Assembly: GCF_026571515.1 (NCBI RefSeq) | Contig: NW_026857904.1 | Span: 1-64,000 of the forward strand | Length of the DNA stretch: 64,000 nucleotides | Source of the DNA: Ruditapes philippinarum | Taxonomy: Eukaryota | Direction: 5' to 3' | Shown here: positions 52,301 to 62,921 of the stretch, piece after piece | Numbering within the stretch: the stretch's first letter is position 1 | How the letters are laid out: every line of letters begins with the position of its first letter | The notes under the pieces: generated by a model | What the model was told of the DNA's origin: nothing | Database searches by the model: none | Seen by the model: the letters and a program-made list of their open reading frames with translations, nothing else | Translations under genes and position numbers: made by a program

Positions 52301-53501
52301 ATATCCTATCAATATTTTATGCTACAAATGACAAAAATAGCAGCCAAAATCTCACTTTAATATCAATTGACACTTTTATCATTAACACTTTTTATGTGAA
52401 GCAATTTTTATCTCTCCCAAGACCACAGTATTAAAGATATCAAGCTGTCATCATCCAAGACTGTAACGTCAATTTTCAGCCTTATTAATACTTCATTTGC
52501 AGGGTGTTTATTGTTAAGAACTGCCCTTTTCAATGCCAAAATAGAAAAATAATAAAATGCAATTTATTTTGTTAAATCTTTCATGACTTTTAAATAATCA
52601 ATGAAATGATCACTATGTAACAGGGTGAGAAAAATGTGCAGCCTGGACCCTCGAAATTTGTTTGTTTCATTTTACACCTTTTCCAAACAGTATTTCAGTC
52701 ATATAGGCGGGTAGTTTCCTAACCATCGTTCTTGGAGAGTTACACCAGTACTACACTACCTTCCGCTGTGCTAAACTACCAAAGCATCTCCAGGGGATCG
52801 AACCCACGCCAGAGAGGTAACTGGATTAGAAGTCATCGACTCTAACCCCTCGACCTCGGAGGCGGTACAACCCTCGAAATACCATACTGTGGCTGTACAG
52901 ACTGAACTATCCGGCCGCTTACACATCATCTCCCCTAAATATTTCAGTTCTGAACCTTGTTATACTCCTCTCAGTCCCCTGTTTCAATATTGATATTTGT
53001 CCTCAAATTTCACAGAGGTACAGAGCAATGTGAATAAATTTAATTAAACTCTGAGCTATAAACAGTTACGTTCCCTCAATGGGTGCCAAATGTCACAGGG
53101 CAAGAAAAATGTGCAGCGTGTCCAGAACTTGAACCAGGGACCGCCAGAATATCATCACCCGGCTCGGCTCTATTCTCTGAGCAAACCGGCTGCTTACACA
53201 TTTTTTTCTGACCTAGTGAACAGTTCTGAACCATGACAACTATATGAGAAAGGCCAGTACAACTGGCAACAAGCAGGTTCTTTGGTAAAACTTGGACCAC
53301 CTACATAAGAAGCTGTTAATTCAGGTAAACATTCATTGAATGGAAAAGGCATCTGACAACTTCATACAAAAACTATTTTTAATAACAGTTATTTTTAACT
53401 TTGGGAAAACAAACTTTACCAAAATAGTTTTTAATCTCATTTTCTTTCATACATCCGGGGGCATGGTCGGCCAGGAGTTGTGACAAGCCTTTTATTCCCA
53501 T
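37336..53501 (-). CDS. FEN1: Flap endonuclease 1, complete, 377 aa, 12 coding exons
   Basis: Exons 53501-53420, 52049-51947, 48972-48870, 46645-46582, 46107-45998, 45259-45123, 42827-42761, 42237-42106, 40802-40716, 39758-39694, 37849-37729, 37398-37336; all GT/AG and phase-consistent (1134 nt). [56 protein letters not shown] box QGRLDGFF, basic tail. AATAAA ~190 nt after the stop. Confidence 0.97.
37928..38851. mobile_element. pogo/Tigger-like MITE (TA target duplication) in FEN1 intron 10
   Basis: TA|CAGTCGAACTTCGTTCGCTCGAACTC ... GAGTTCGAGCGAACGAAGTTTAACTG|TA. Confidence 0.85.
41205..41988. mobile_element. pogo/Tigger-like MITE (TA target duplication) in FEN1 intron 8
   Basis: TA|CAGTGTAACTTCCGAA ... 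TTCGGAAGTTACACTG|TA, with subterminal CTGAATTCCGGAA repeats. Confidence 0.85.
43492..43630 (-). ncRNA. H/ACA box snoRNA A, copy 1 (FEN1 intron 6, sense to host)
   Basis: Hairpin GGAAGAC/GTCTTCC, H box AGAGAA, hairpin ACAGGGA/TCCCTGT, ACA plus 3 nt; ~139 nt; one mismatch versus copy 2. Confidence 0.8.
43965..44092 (-). ncRNA. H/ACA box snoRNA B, copy 1 (FEN1 intron 6)
   Basis: Hairpin ACCTGA/TCAGGT, H box AGAAGA, hairpin GTCTTC/GAAGAC, ACA plus 3 nt; ~128 nt; pockets 14-15 nt from the boxes. Confidence 0.75.
44344..44482 (-). ncRNA. H/ACA box snoRNA A, copy 2
   Basis: Same fold and boxes as 43492-43630; the single change turns a C-G pair into U-G in the upper stem of hairpin 2. Confidence 0.8.
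44726..44852 (-). ncRNA. H/ACA box snoRNA B, copy 2
   Basis: Same fold; H box AGAAAA and ACA box retained; about 4 substitutions and 1 indel versus copy 1. Confidence 0.75.
47432..48833 (-). mobile_element. HINE-type element with 167-bp tandem repeats in FEN1 intron 3
   Basis: TATGCCACCGC subTIR at both ends, hairpin TATGCCACCGCA...TGCGGTGGCATA, (CA/CAAA)n microsatellite, units at ~48075, 48242, 48409. Confidence 0.8.
49364..50212. mobile_element. pogo/Tigger-like MITE (TA target duplication) in FEN1 intron 2
   Basis: TA|CAGTCTAACTTG...GCGACC ... GGTCGCTTAATACAAGTTTGACTG|TA, with repeated TTAAGCGAC motifs. Confidence 0.8.
50315..51487. mobile_element. Non-autonomous TIR element (hAT-like CAGT termini)
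   Basis: CAGTCTATGCGAAAGTC / GACTTTCGCACAGACTG (16/17); CATGTA directly repeated on both flanks; subterminal GGACCG motifs. Confidence 0.7.
52658..52869 (-). mobile_element. tRNA-derived SINE with 11-bp target-site duplication
   Basis: Reverse-complement copy of 59674-59895; TSD ACCCTCGAAAT at 52647-52657 and 52870-52880; (CAAA) tail. Confidence 0.85.
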
Positions 53502-53760
53502 ATTTATCTTAGGTTTTATTTTCCAGCTGTTTCACCACTTCCCGCCAAAATAATGTACGGGACGTTACGGCTATAAAACATGACACAGAAGTTTCGAATT
53601 ATCGCATTTTTCGTTTTTTATTGATTATTATAGATTTAAATGATTAATCATTTCGCAGAAGATTTTCTAATAATGAATCTTATGACGAAACATTGCCAAA
53701 ATTAATCTTTCTACATAAAAGTGTAATTCGAATATTTTTCGTTAATGAAGAAACTGAAAC
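53502..53760. promoter_or_regulatory. Bidirectional FEN1/DDX27 promoter region with E2F site
   Basis: Start codons diverge 259 bp apart. TTCCCGCCAAA (reverse complement TTTGGCGGGAA) at 53539-53549. YY1-like AACATGGC overlaps the DDX27 ATG. Confidence 0.75.
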
Positions 53761-56700
53761 ATGGCAGCCTGCATGGAGTTAGGTCTGATTGGCACGATTT
53801 CAGAGAATGATGACATAAAGCTAGCATCAGAAAGCTCCGAAAGTGACGATGAAGCTGTAAGAATTACACATATCTCTATTTGTCATCCAATCAGCTGATA
53901 ATTTATTGTGGATAAACGTTTCTCACTTTGTTACAGGCTCGCGAAATCAGAAAATCACATGTTTACAGTTAAATCAGGTCTTGGATGGCATCCTACTTAC
54001 AGACAAATTCACAATATGCAAATTTAACGACCACCCATTTAATCTAAGATTTTTATACACCTGTCCGTAAGTGTCAAACACTGTCCTCATGAAATGTGAG
54101 CATAGCATGTATATTTTGTTTTACCCTGCCCATGTATATCCCAGTGTAACCTAAATTCGGCGATATAAGAACAAATGTCAATGGCATTTTCAATAAACGA
54201 CAGTAATCTATAATTATACTTGATATAATTTTACTACACATATTTAAAAGTAACTTTAAGTTGATTTCTAACAATGTAATTGTTCAGCGGTTGCCAAATA
54301 TAAACAAATATGGCTGATGTAAAATCCTACTACGATCTGTAAAGGTCTCCTAAATTCGGCGATTTTGATTGGTTGCAGTAAATTTTTAATTTTGGCGGGA
54401 TTGTGATGTAGTATGTTGACCAAGATTGGCAGTAAAAAAGTAAGATAAGTTAACAGACAGCGACTGTCAAATTATTTTAAGCAACAATGTTAATCAAATA
54501 GAGGAAAATATAAATAAACTTGAAATTGCATTAGGTAAAACACACAAATTTCTTCATGTCATATACAATTTTTAATGTTTACCAGCCGTATCTCCATCTT
54601 TAGCACAGAAAATCACTCTAGTTCAAAAATGATTTATACACCAAATTAAAGATAAGAATCTGTGCTTTACGATTATGTATGGTGCATAATTCGCAAATTA
54701 ATGATGTTCGTATAAAATTGGTTTAACTTTAGGGGATTATATCTTCGGTGCGGATGAAGCTAGAAATTTGCCTCAAATTCATGAATGAACCTCGTGATGT
54801 TTTTTAAATGGACTCGTCCATCTAATTAATATTCATCAAATGCAAGTCACCCGTAAAGACAAATAAACACGACAGGGGTCACGCGGAGTTTGCATGCAAC
54901 TTGTTTATTCGCCGCTGCGAGTAAAAATGGTAACACGTGGTGTTTATTGTGTCATAAAACTGATAATGATCGATATATCACAAAAAGAAAATATGCAGAT
55001 TAGGCAGAAATCTATATGCTTTTAAAATAGCCTTTGTGCAAAAAAATTTGACAACTAATGACAAAATAACAGGAAAAATGCCACTGGTAGTACCAAATTC
55101 CTGCAAATTTCCAGTTAATTGGCGTGCTTATCAGCGGCTAACTGGGGTTGCTACTAGTTGTAAAAATAGACTGTGGGACATAAACATGATTGACCTTCAC
55201 CTCTGAAATCTTGCGTGAATGATGAAAAACAAAACATCCCCAAATTTAGGAGAAAGCCGAATTTGGGTTGATGTGGTAGGATATATATATGGTCCTTGTT
55301 TATATGTATGATGAAGTCAAAGGCTTGCACGAGCTACCGCTTACCCACAATTAACTACGAATATTTATTTCAATGGAAAGAATTAAATAAAAGAAAATTA
55401 GAGGTGTAACGATTCATCAATGCATTGCTATCTGCCCTGTCCTCGATGTATGCATTGGAATAAAATTAATATGAAAGTAGGCAAAACCTATGAATGGAGA
55501 CATCATATAATATGAAAAAGGCATACTGTGAAATAGTATAAAACAAGATATGTTTGTAAAACATGTATGCCCCCTATCAGCAGCCAATTAGTCATGTGAT
55601 AAGGTTATTATGCATGACTTCTGACCCAGTGATCAAACAATTACTAAGGGTTATCAAGTATCTTCTGGTCATGACCTTAACCTTTGACCCCTTGACCCAA
55701 AACTCAATAGGGGTCATCTGCTGGTCACGACCAATCATCATACAAAGTTTGAAGTTCCTAGGCCTAAGCGTTTTTAGTTTATTGATCAGAAACCGTTTTA
55801 ACATACAAGGTCAATGTGACCTTGACCTTTGACCCCTTGACCCCAAAATCAATAGGTCATCTGCTGGTCATGACCAATCACCAAACCATGTTTGAAGTTC
55901 CTAGGCCAAAGGGTTCTTAAGTTATTGATTTGAAAGCATTTTTACCTACAAGGTCAATGTGACCTTGCCCTTTGACCCCTTAACCCCAATATCAATAGGG
56001 GTCATCTACTGGTCATGACCAATCACCATACCAAGTTTTGAAGTTCCTAGGCCTAAGGGTTCTTTAGTTATTGATCGGAAACCATTTTTACCTAAGAGGT
56101 AAATGTGACCTTGACCTTTGACCCCTTGACCCCAAAATCAATAGGGGTCATCTACTGATCATGACCAATCACCATATCAAGTTTGAAGTCCCTAGGCCTA
56201 AGGGTTCTTTCGTTATTGATTGGAAACCGTTTTTACCTACAAAGTCAATGTGACCTTGACCTTTGACCCCTTAACCCCAAAATCAATAGGGGTCATTTGC
56301 TGGTCATGAACAATCACCATACCAAGTTTGAAGTTCCTAGGCCTAAGGGTTCTTTTGTTATTGATCAGAAACCGTTTTTACCCAAGAGGTCAATGTGACC
56401 TTGACCTTTGACTCCTTGACCCGAAAATCAATAGGGGTCATCTACTGATCATGACCAATCACCATACCAAGTTTGAAGTTCCTAGGCCTTAAAGTTCTTT
56501 AGTTATTGATCAGAAATCGTTATTGCTTACAAGGTCAATGTGACCTTGACCTTTGACCCCTTGACCCCAAAATCAATAGGGGTCATCTACTAATCATGAC
56601 CAATCACCATACCAAGTTTGAAGTTCCTAGGCCTTAAGGTTCTTTAGTTATTGATTGGAAACCGTTTTTGCTTACAAGGTCAATGTGACCTTGATCTTTG

Positions 56701-59700
56701 ACCCCTTGACCCCAAAAACAATAGGGATCATCTACTGATCATGACCAATCACCATACCAAGTTTGAAGTTCCTAGGCCTTAAGGTTCTTTAGTTATTGAT
56801 CGGAAACCGTTTTTGCTTACAAGGTCAATGTGACCTTGACCTTTGACCCCTTGACCCCAAAATCAATAGGGATCATCTACTGATCATGACCAATCACCAT
56901 ACCAAGTTTGAAGTTCCTAGGCCTTAAGGTTCTTTAGTTATTGATCGGAAACCGTTTTTGCTTACAAGGTCAATGTGACCTTGACCTTTGACCCTTTGAC
57001 CCCAAAATCAATAGGGGTCATCTACTGGTCATGACCAATCACCATACCAAGTTTGAAGTTCCTAGGCCTTAAGGTTCTTTAGTTATTGATCGGAAACCGT
57101 TTTTGCTTACAAGGTCAATGTGACCTTGACCTTTGACCCCAAAATCAATAGGGGTCATCTACTGGTCATGACCAATCACCATACCAAGTTTGAAGTTCCT
57201 AGGCCTTAAGGTTCTTTAGTTATTGATTGGAAACCGTTTTTAGTCCCCTACCGGTTTACCGGAGGGGACTTTAGGTTTACCCTCCGTCCGTCTGTCCGTC
57301 TGTCCGTCCGTCAGTCCGTCCGTCAGTCCGTCAGTCCGTCCGTCCACAAAACTGGATCCCGCGATAACGCAAAAAGTACTGAAAATATTTTAATGAAACT
57401 TGATATATGGATAGATGGCAGTATGGAGATTATGCACGTCTTTTTCTTTTCTTCCTATGTTGAAAATTCTGGTTGCTATGGCAACAAATAGACTGAAAAT
57501 ATGGCAAATTTTACACATAACCTGGATCCCGCGATAACGCAAAAAGTACTGAAAATATTTTTATGAAACTTGATATATGGATAGATGGCAGTATGGAGAT
57601 TATGCACGTCTTTTTCTTTTCTTCCTATGTTGAAAATTCTGGTTGCTATGGCAACAAATAGACTGAAAATATGCCAAATTTTACACATAACCTGGATCCA
57701 GTGGTAACGCAAAAAGTACTAAAAATATTTTTATGAAACTTGACATATGGGTAGATGGCAGTATGGAAATTATGCACATCCTTTTCTTATCTTCCTATGT
57801 TGAAAATTCTGGTTGCTATGGCAACAAATAGACTGAATTTCAAGATATCTGATTCTAGTTTTTAAGTTTTTTCACTATAAGTTCTTTATTTCTTAAGGTA
57901 TTTTCTTCAAACTTTAAATATAAGTTGCTAGTCATCAACCACATCATATGTGACAAGGTTTACAACTCTAGCACAAAATTTATCAGAATTACCTCCCTTG
58001 AACTTAAAATTTTCATGAAAAAAACATTGTTTTTTTTAATAACTTCTTTTTTTCTGAATGTATCTACTTCAAACTTCATATAAATGTTTCTTATTATCAC
58101 TCAACATTTGTGAGTGTTCAATACTCTAGCAAGACTATTTCCAGAATTATGCCCCTTTTGAACTTAGACTTTTTTTTTGAGAAATTGGTAATTTTTACTC
58201 CAACTTCTTCAATCATGATAGGATTTTCTTCAAACTCCCACATCATAATAATATGACAAGGTTTATAAATCTAGCATCCATATTTCCAGAATTATCTCCT
58301 CCTTAAACTTTTAATTTTTCCTATTCGTTCTTTTAACTTTCATTTACTTCAAAATAAACATTCAATATTCATACCTTCATTACTAATTGTTCTTTGTTAC
58401 ACTCACATCATGTATGACATCGTAAATATCTCCTTTTTAAAAATTTTTGCTTTTAAAAATGTTATATTTTGATAACAGGGATGTTTTCTTCAGTCCGTCT
58501 GTCTGTCTGTACATAAAAACTGTTTCCGAACTTTTTCAACAAATTTACTTAAAATTGAAACATAAGTGAATGGCCAATGGCCCTTCAGAATGTTGCTTGG
58601 GCTCTTACCGGTAGGGGACTTATGGATTGCTTGCAATACTATGATAATTGCTTGTTGCTTACAAGGTCAATGTGACCTTGACCTTTGACCCCTTGACCCC
58701 AAAATCAATAGGGGTCATCTACTGGTCATGACCAATCACCATACCAAGTTTGAAGTTCCTAGGCCTTAAGGTTCTTTAGTTATTGATCGGAAACCGTTTT
58801 TGCTTACAAGGTCAATGTGACCTTGACCTTTGACCCCTTGACCCCAAAATCAATAGGGGTCATCTACTGGTCATGACCAATCACCATACCAAGTTTGAAG
58901 TTCCTAGGCCTTAAGGTTCTTTAGTTATTGATCGGAAACCGTTTTTGCTTACAAGGTCAATGTGACCTTGACCTTTGACCCCTTGACCCCAAAATCAATA
59001 GGGGTCATCTACTGGTCATGACCAATCACCATACCAAGTTTGAAGTTCCTAGGCCTAAGGGTTCTTTAGTTATCACTCGGAAACCATTTGGTCTACGGAC
59101 CGACGGACCGACAAGTGCAAAGCAATATACCCCCTTTTCTTCGAAATGGGGGCATAATAATCATTAACTTTTATTTTACATTTTTCGTTTGAAAACTGTC
59201 ATTCGGTATTTTATACACTGCTTCCGTTTATTCTGGTTCCCTGTCCTATTATGGTTCCTATAAAAGTGCACAGGACACTAGTCTAAGCATCCGTTTTCAA
59301 TCAGAATACCTCTGCTTTTATCCTTATTTTGTAATTCCAAAAAGTTTCAATGTGTCAATTTCCCACTTCCGACGAAAGTTTTCAAAACCATCACTATCTA
59401 GCAGGTACTCACCTAACCATAAAGCTGCTTCGCGAGCAGGCCCATCAGGCTAGCTCTTCGAGGTTGCTGTAAAAAAATTGTTTATTTTATATTTTCTGTT
59501 TTGAAAGTATCATTCTGTATTTTATGCACCGCTTCCGTTCTGACTCATCCCCAGCGCATTTCATCTTTGTCGGGAACATAATAAAATCGAAATTGAAAAG
59601 TTGTGATTGATACATTATCGGAATACTCATCATTGCGTTACGGAAAATTTCACTGATATGTATAGAATTCTATGACCGCCTCCGTGGTCGAGGGGTTAGA

Positions 59701-61328
59701 GTCGATGACTTCTAATCCAGCTACCTCTCTGGCGTGGGTTTGATCCCCGGGAGATGCTTTGGTAGTTTAGCGAGGAGGAAGGTAGTCTAGTACTGGTGTA
59801 ACTCTCCAGGAACGATGGTTAGGAAACTACCCGCCTATATGACTGAAATACTGTTGGAAAAGGGCGTAAAATGAAACAAACAAACAAACAAACAAATAGA
59901 ATTCTATTTTTTTTTTTTTTTTCATTTTATTTTTTTTTTCTATATTTGATTTCCTTTTTAAATATACATGGTAGTCTATAGTCGAGCGAGTCAAAGCTGG
60001 GCTTTGACTTCCACTCATAAATACCAATATATCATGATGCAATACATATGTGACCTCCCGATGCATCAATATGGCAGACAAGTATAGCAATACAATAACA
60101 ATATCTTCCAGGAAAATAAAGACAAACATATTTTTTTGGAAAGACTGAAGAAGAAAAATTAGCTGGGATGAAAATAAAGAACAAGCACGACTGTTATCAT
60201 ATCATTGTCATCTCGCTTCCTGTTTAGTGTAGACCATGTTCACCGTAATAATTATAATCAAGTTTAATTAATTTCATATAAATGGGCTGGTGTTCTTTGA
60301 ACTTATACTTGTTTAGAAAAAAAATTAAATCTATTATTCTATAAAAATATTTCTTAAAATCAAAATCAATTTAACATGTACATTACAGTTTGTGAAACCA
60401 AAGTCTGACATTGGATGACTTTGAATATGACTCTATTTTAACATACATAAATTAGTTAATGGTTTCATTATTTCATTGCTTTTATTTCAGGTTCAAGTAC
60501 AGAAAAAGAAGAAAAAGAAGGCCAAAAAGGATTTCAGTACAGGATTTAGTTTCACTGAACTGGTATCTGCATTTTTGAAATTTTTATTTACATAATATTT
60601 GTCTTTTAAGCAAGAGGAGAAAATGAGTGTTTAAAGATTAGCAAAATTCTCATTTGCTCTGGAAAACGTGGTTATGTTAAGGTATTGGATGATTAACATT
60701 TCCTGATGTGGTACTTAGATGTGTCTGTAGCCAAGTGGTAAAGATCGTTGACTTCAAACTACATGTACTTTCCCCTCACTGCTGTGGGTTCAAATTCCAC
60801 AAGAGATAGGATTCATGTGAGGAAGTTATCCAGGTAGTTTACTGAACATTAGTGGTTCTACTAAGGTGCCCGTTTGTGTCTGAAATATGGCATGGAAGGG
60901 CTCCTAAGGTCTTCCTCCACCAGTAAAGATGGAAAGTTGCCATATGACCTTTACAGTGGTGGTGTGATGTAGAACAGCAAAAAAAGAAGATAATAAAAAA
61001 AATAATTCATTTGAAAGAAAATAGAATTTCTAGACCTCTTTTATATGTTTAAAGACATTATTTTCACAACTGTAGGAATTAGTAATAATAATAATAATAA
61101 TAATCAATAATTTACTTTTTACATACTGATTTCAATTTACATTGTGTATTTTATTTATAAATTTACATTGTGTATTTTATTTATATTTGAGTATTGTATT
61201 TTCATATTATTCAGGATGACCCATTTAAGGGCTTTAAGACAATCAACTTACAGTTTGCAAAGAAAGCAGAGCCAACTTTCTCATTAGATGAAAAGATTGC
61301 TGCAGCCAGGAAGAAAAGAAAGAAAGAG
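53761..61328 (+). CDS. DDX27: DEAD-box RNA helicase DDX27 (DRS1), first three coding exons; continues beyond the window
   Basis: Exons 53761-53856 (MAACMELGLIGTISENDD...), 60491-60562 (KKKKKKAKKDFSTGFSFTE), 61215-61328 (...SLDEKIAAARKKRKKE), all phase 0. Resembles the DDX27 N-terminus (LGLIGTI, DF..F.FTE, LDEKI..RKKRK). The helicase core is not in the window. Confidence 0.8.
55541..59158 (-). mobile_element. HINE-type element with ~14 145-bp tandem monomers, in DDX27 intron 1
   Basis: TATGCCCCC subTIR at the left end, terminal hairpin ending GGGGGCATA at the right end, (GACC/GGAC) microsatellite; monomer landmarks e.g. 56532, 56677, 56822, 56967. Confidence 0.85.
57242..58656 (+). mobile_element. 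Second HINE nested in opposite orientation inside the 145-bp array
   Basis: Interrupts AAACCGTTTTT|GCTTACAAGG; subTIR AGTCCCCTACCGGT / ACCGGTAGGGGACT, (GTCC)n microsatellite, ~171-bp tandem units, CTTGTT end. Confidence 0.85.
59674..59895 (+). mobile_element. tRNA-derived SINE with 12-bp target-site duplication
   Basis: A-box-like TGGTCGAGGGG, B-box-like GGTTTGATCC, (CAAA)n tail, TSD ATAGAATTCTAT at 59662-59673 and 59896-59907. Confidence 0.85.
60718..60980 (+). mobile_element. tRNA-derived SINE of a second, older family (fragments also near 2340-2425, 12100-12180, 24190-24350, 40050-40165, 42280-42440, 46310-46470)
   Basis: A box TAGCCAAGTGG, B box GGTTCAAATTCC, shared core GTCTTCCTCCACCAGTAAAG recurring across the window. 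Confidence 0.7.
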
Positions 61329-61814
61329 GTAACTCACTTTATTTTGAAGGCAATTGATAATATTATCAAATTGTTATAGAAAATATAAACCACATTACAT
61401 TGAAACCTATTATCTTCACATTTAAGCTGAAAGACTTAAAATATACACTTGGAAATAATTGGTTTCTCTGCAATGACTTGTACTGCAACCAACAAGCTCC
61501 TTTTCTATGTGATAATGCCTTTCATCAGAAATAATGTCTTCATGATAGACCATAAAACAGTTTTGCTTACTTACATGGGTTTTAAAAGTAGGCAATGATT
61601 TATTTTTAGCTCCACTATTAAAATAATAGGGAGAGCTATTGTATTCACCCCTACTTAGTGTCGCATTTTGGTTAAAGTTTTTCATGCAAGTTTTGCATAT
61701 TGCCAAAACTACTGAAGGGGATGAGTTGAAGCTTTACACAATTATTTTAATGCAAAATAGATCATTGTCCAAAGCCAATAACTCTTACCTGGATTTTGAC
61801 AGAATTATGGCCTT

Positions 61815-61860
61815 TTTGTGTCGCCTCTACGGAGTAGTGGCGACATATAGGGATCACTTC

Positions 61861-61892
<32 letters not shown>

Positions 61893-62765
61893 CTGTCCGT
61901 GCGTCCGTCACAAAACTTGTCCGGACTACTCCTCATAAACTACTGGTGCAATTTCATCCAAACTTTACAGGAATGATCAGTACCAAGTCTAGTTGTGCAT
62001 ATTTGTCAGCATTTTCCGGTTCAATGATTTTTGTCAGAGTTATGGCCCTTTAATAATAATTTTTAATTTTAAAGTTTGTCCGGACTACTTCTCTTATACC
62101 ACTAATGCAATTTCAATGAAACTTTACAGGATTGATCTGTAGCTCAAGTCCTTGCGCATATTGCACGGGTTTTCCGGTTGAATGATTTTTGGCCGAGTTA
62201 TGGCCCTTTGATAAAAAGGTTTCTTTTTCTGTGTGTTGCCAGATACACAAAAGCTTGTCCGGACTACTTCTCATAAACTACTGGTGCAATTCCATCCAAA
62301 CTTTACAGGAATGATCAGTACCAAGTCTAGTTGTGCATATTGTCAGCATTTTCCGGTTCAATGATTTTTGTCAGAGTTATGGCCCTTTAATAATTTTTAA
62401 TTTTAAAGTTTGTCCGGACTACTTCTCTTATACCACTCATGCAATTTCAATGGAACTTTACAGGATTGATCTGTAGCTCAAGTCCTTGCGCATATTGCAC
62501 GGATTTTCCGGTTGAATGATTTTTGGCTGAGTTATGGCCCTTTGATAAAAAGGTGTTTTTTTCTGTGTGTTGCCAGATACGCAAAAGCTTGTCCGGACTA
62601 CTACTCATAAACTACTGGTGCAATTTTATCCAAACTTTACAGGAATGATCAGTACCAAGTCTAGTTGTGCACTGTCCGTCTGTCTGTCTGTCTGTCACAA
62701 AAATTTGTCCCAACATGAAATTTGCCTTCATGAGGCGACACATGTGATTACTGATCGCTCTTGTT
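61815..62765 (+). mobile_element. HINE-type element with a dimeric (~157+179 bp) tandem array, nested in an older HINE fragment (~61605-61812)
   Basis: TGTGTCGCCT subTIR with hairpin, (GTCT/GTCC)n, TTGTCCGGACTAC landmarks near 61912, 62071, 62250, 62405, 62584; 3' AGGCGACACA...CTTGTT. Confidence 0.8.
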
Positions 62766-62921
62766 TGAACATTTACATTATCCAGGCTCTTGTTTTACTA
62801 TCAGTCACTGAGAATAATTGAACATTCTTTCCCACTGAAAGCTCTTGTTTACTAGTAATGTTGATTGCTTGAATACCAGAAAGCTATTCTAGCTTAATAC
62901 AGAACTGATGTAGTATTTTTG

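Noticed and set aside
54137-55290. Possible TIR element in DDX27 intron 1 (AACCTAAATTCGGC / GCCGAATTTGGGTT)
   Set aside because: The inverted match is short and the ends and TSD could not be fixed confidently.
59674-59755. tRNA gene
   Set aside because: The tRNA-like head continues into a SINE body with a (CAAA)n tail and TSDs; no clean cloverleaf or T-run terminator.
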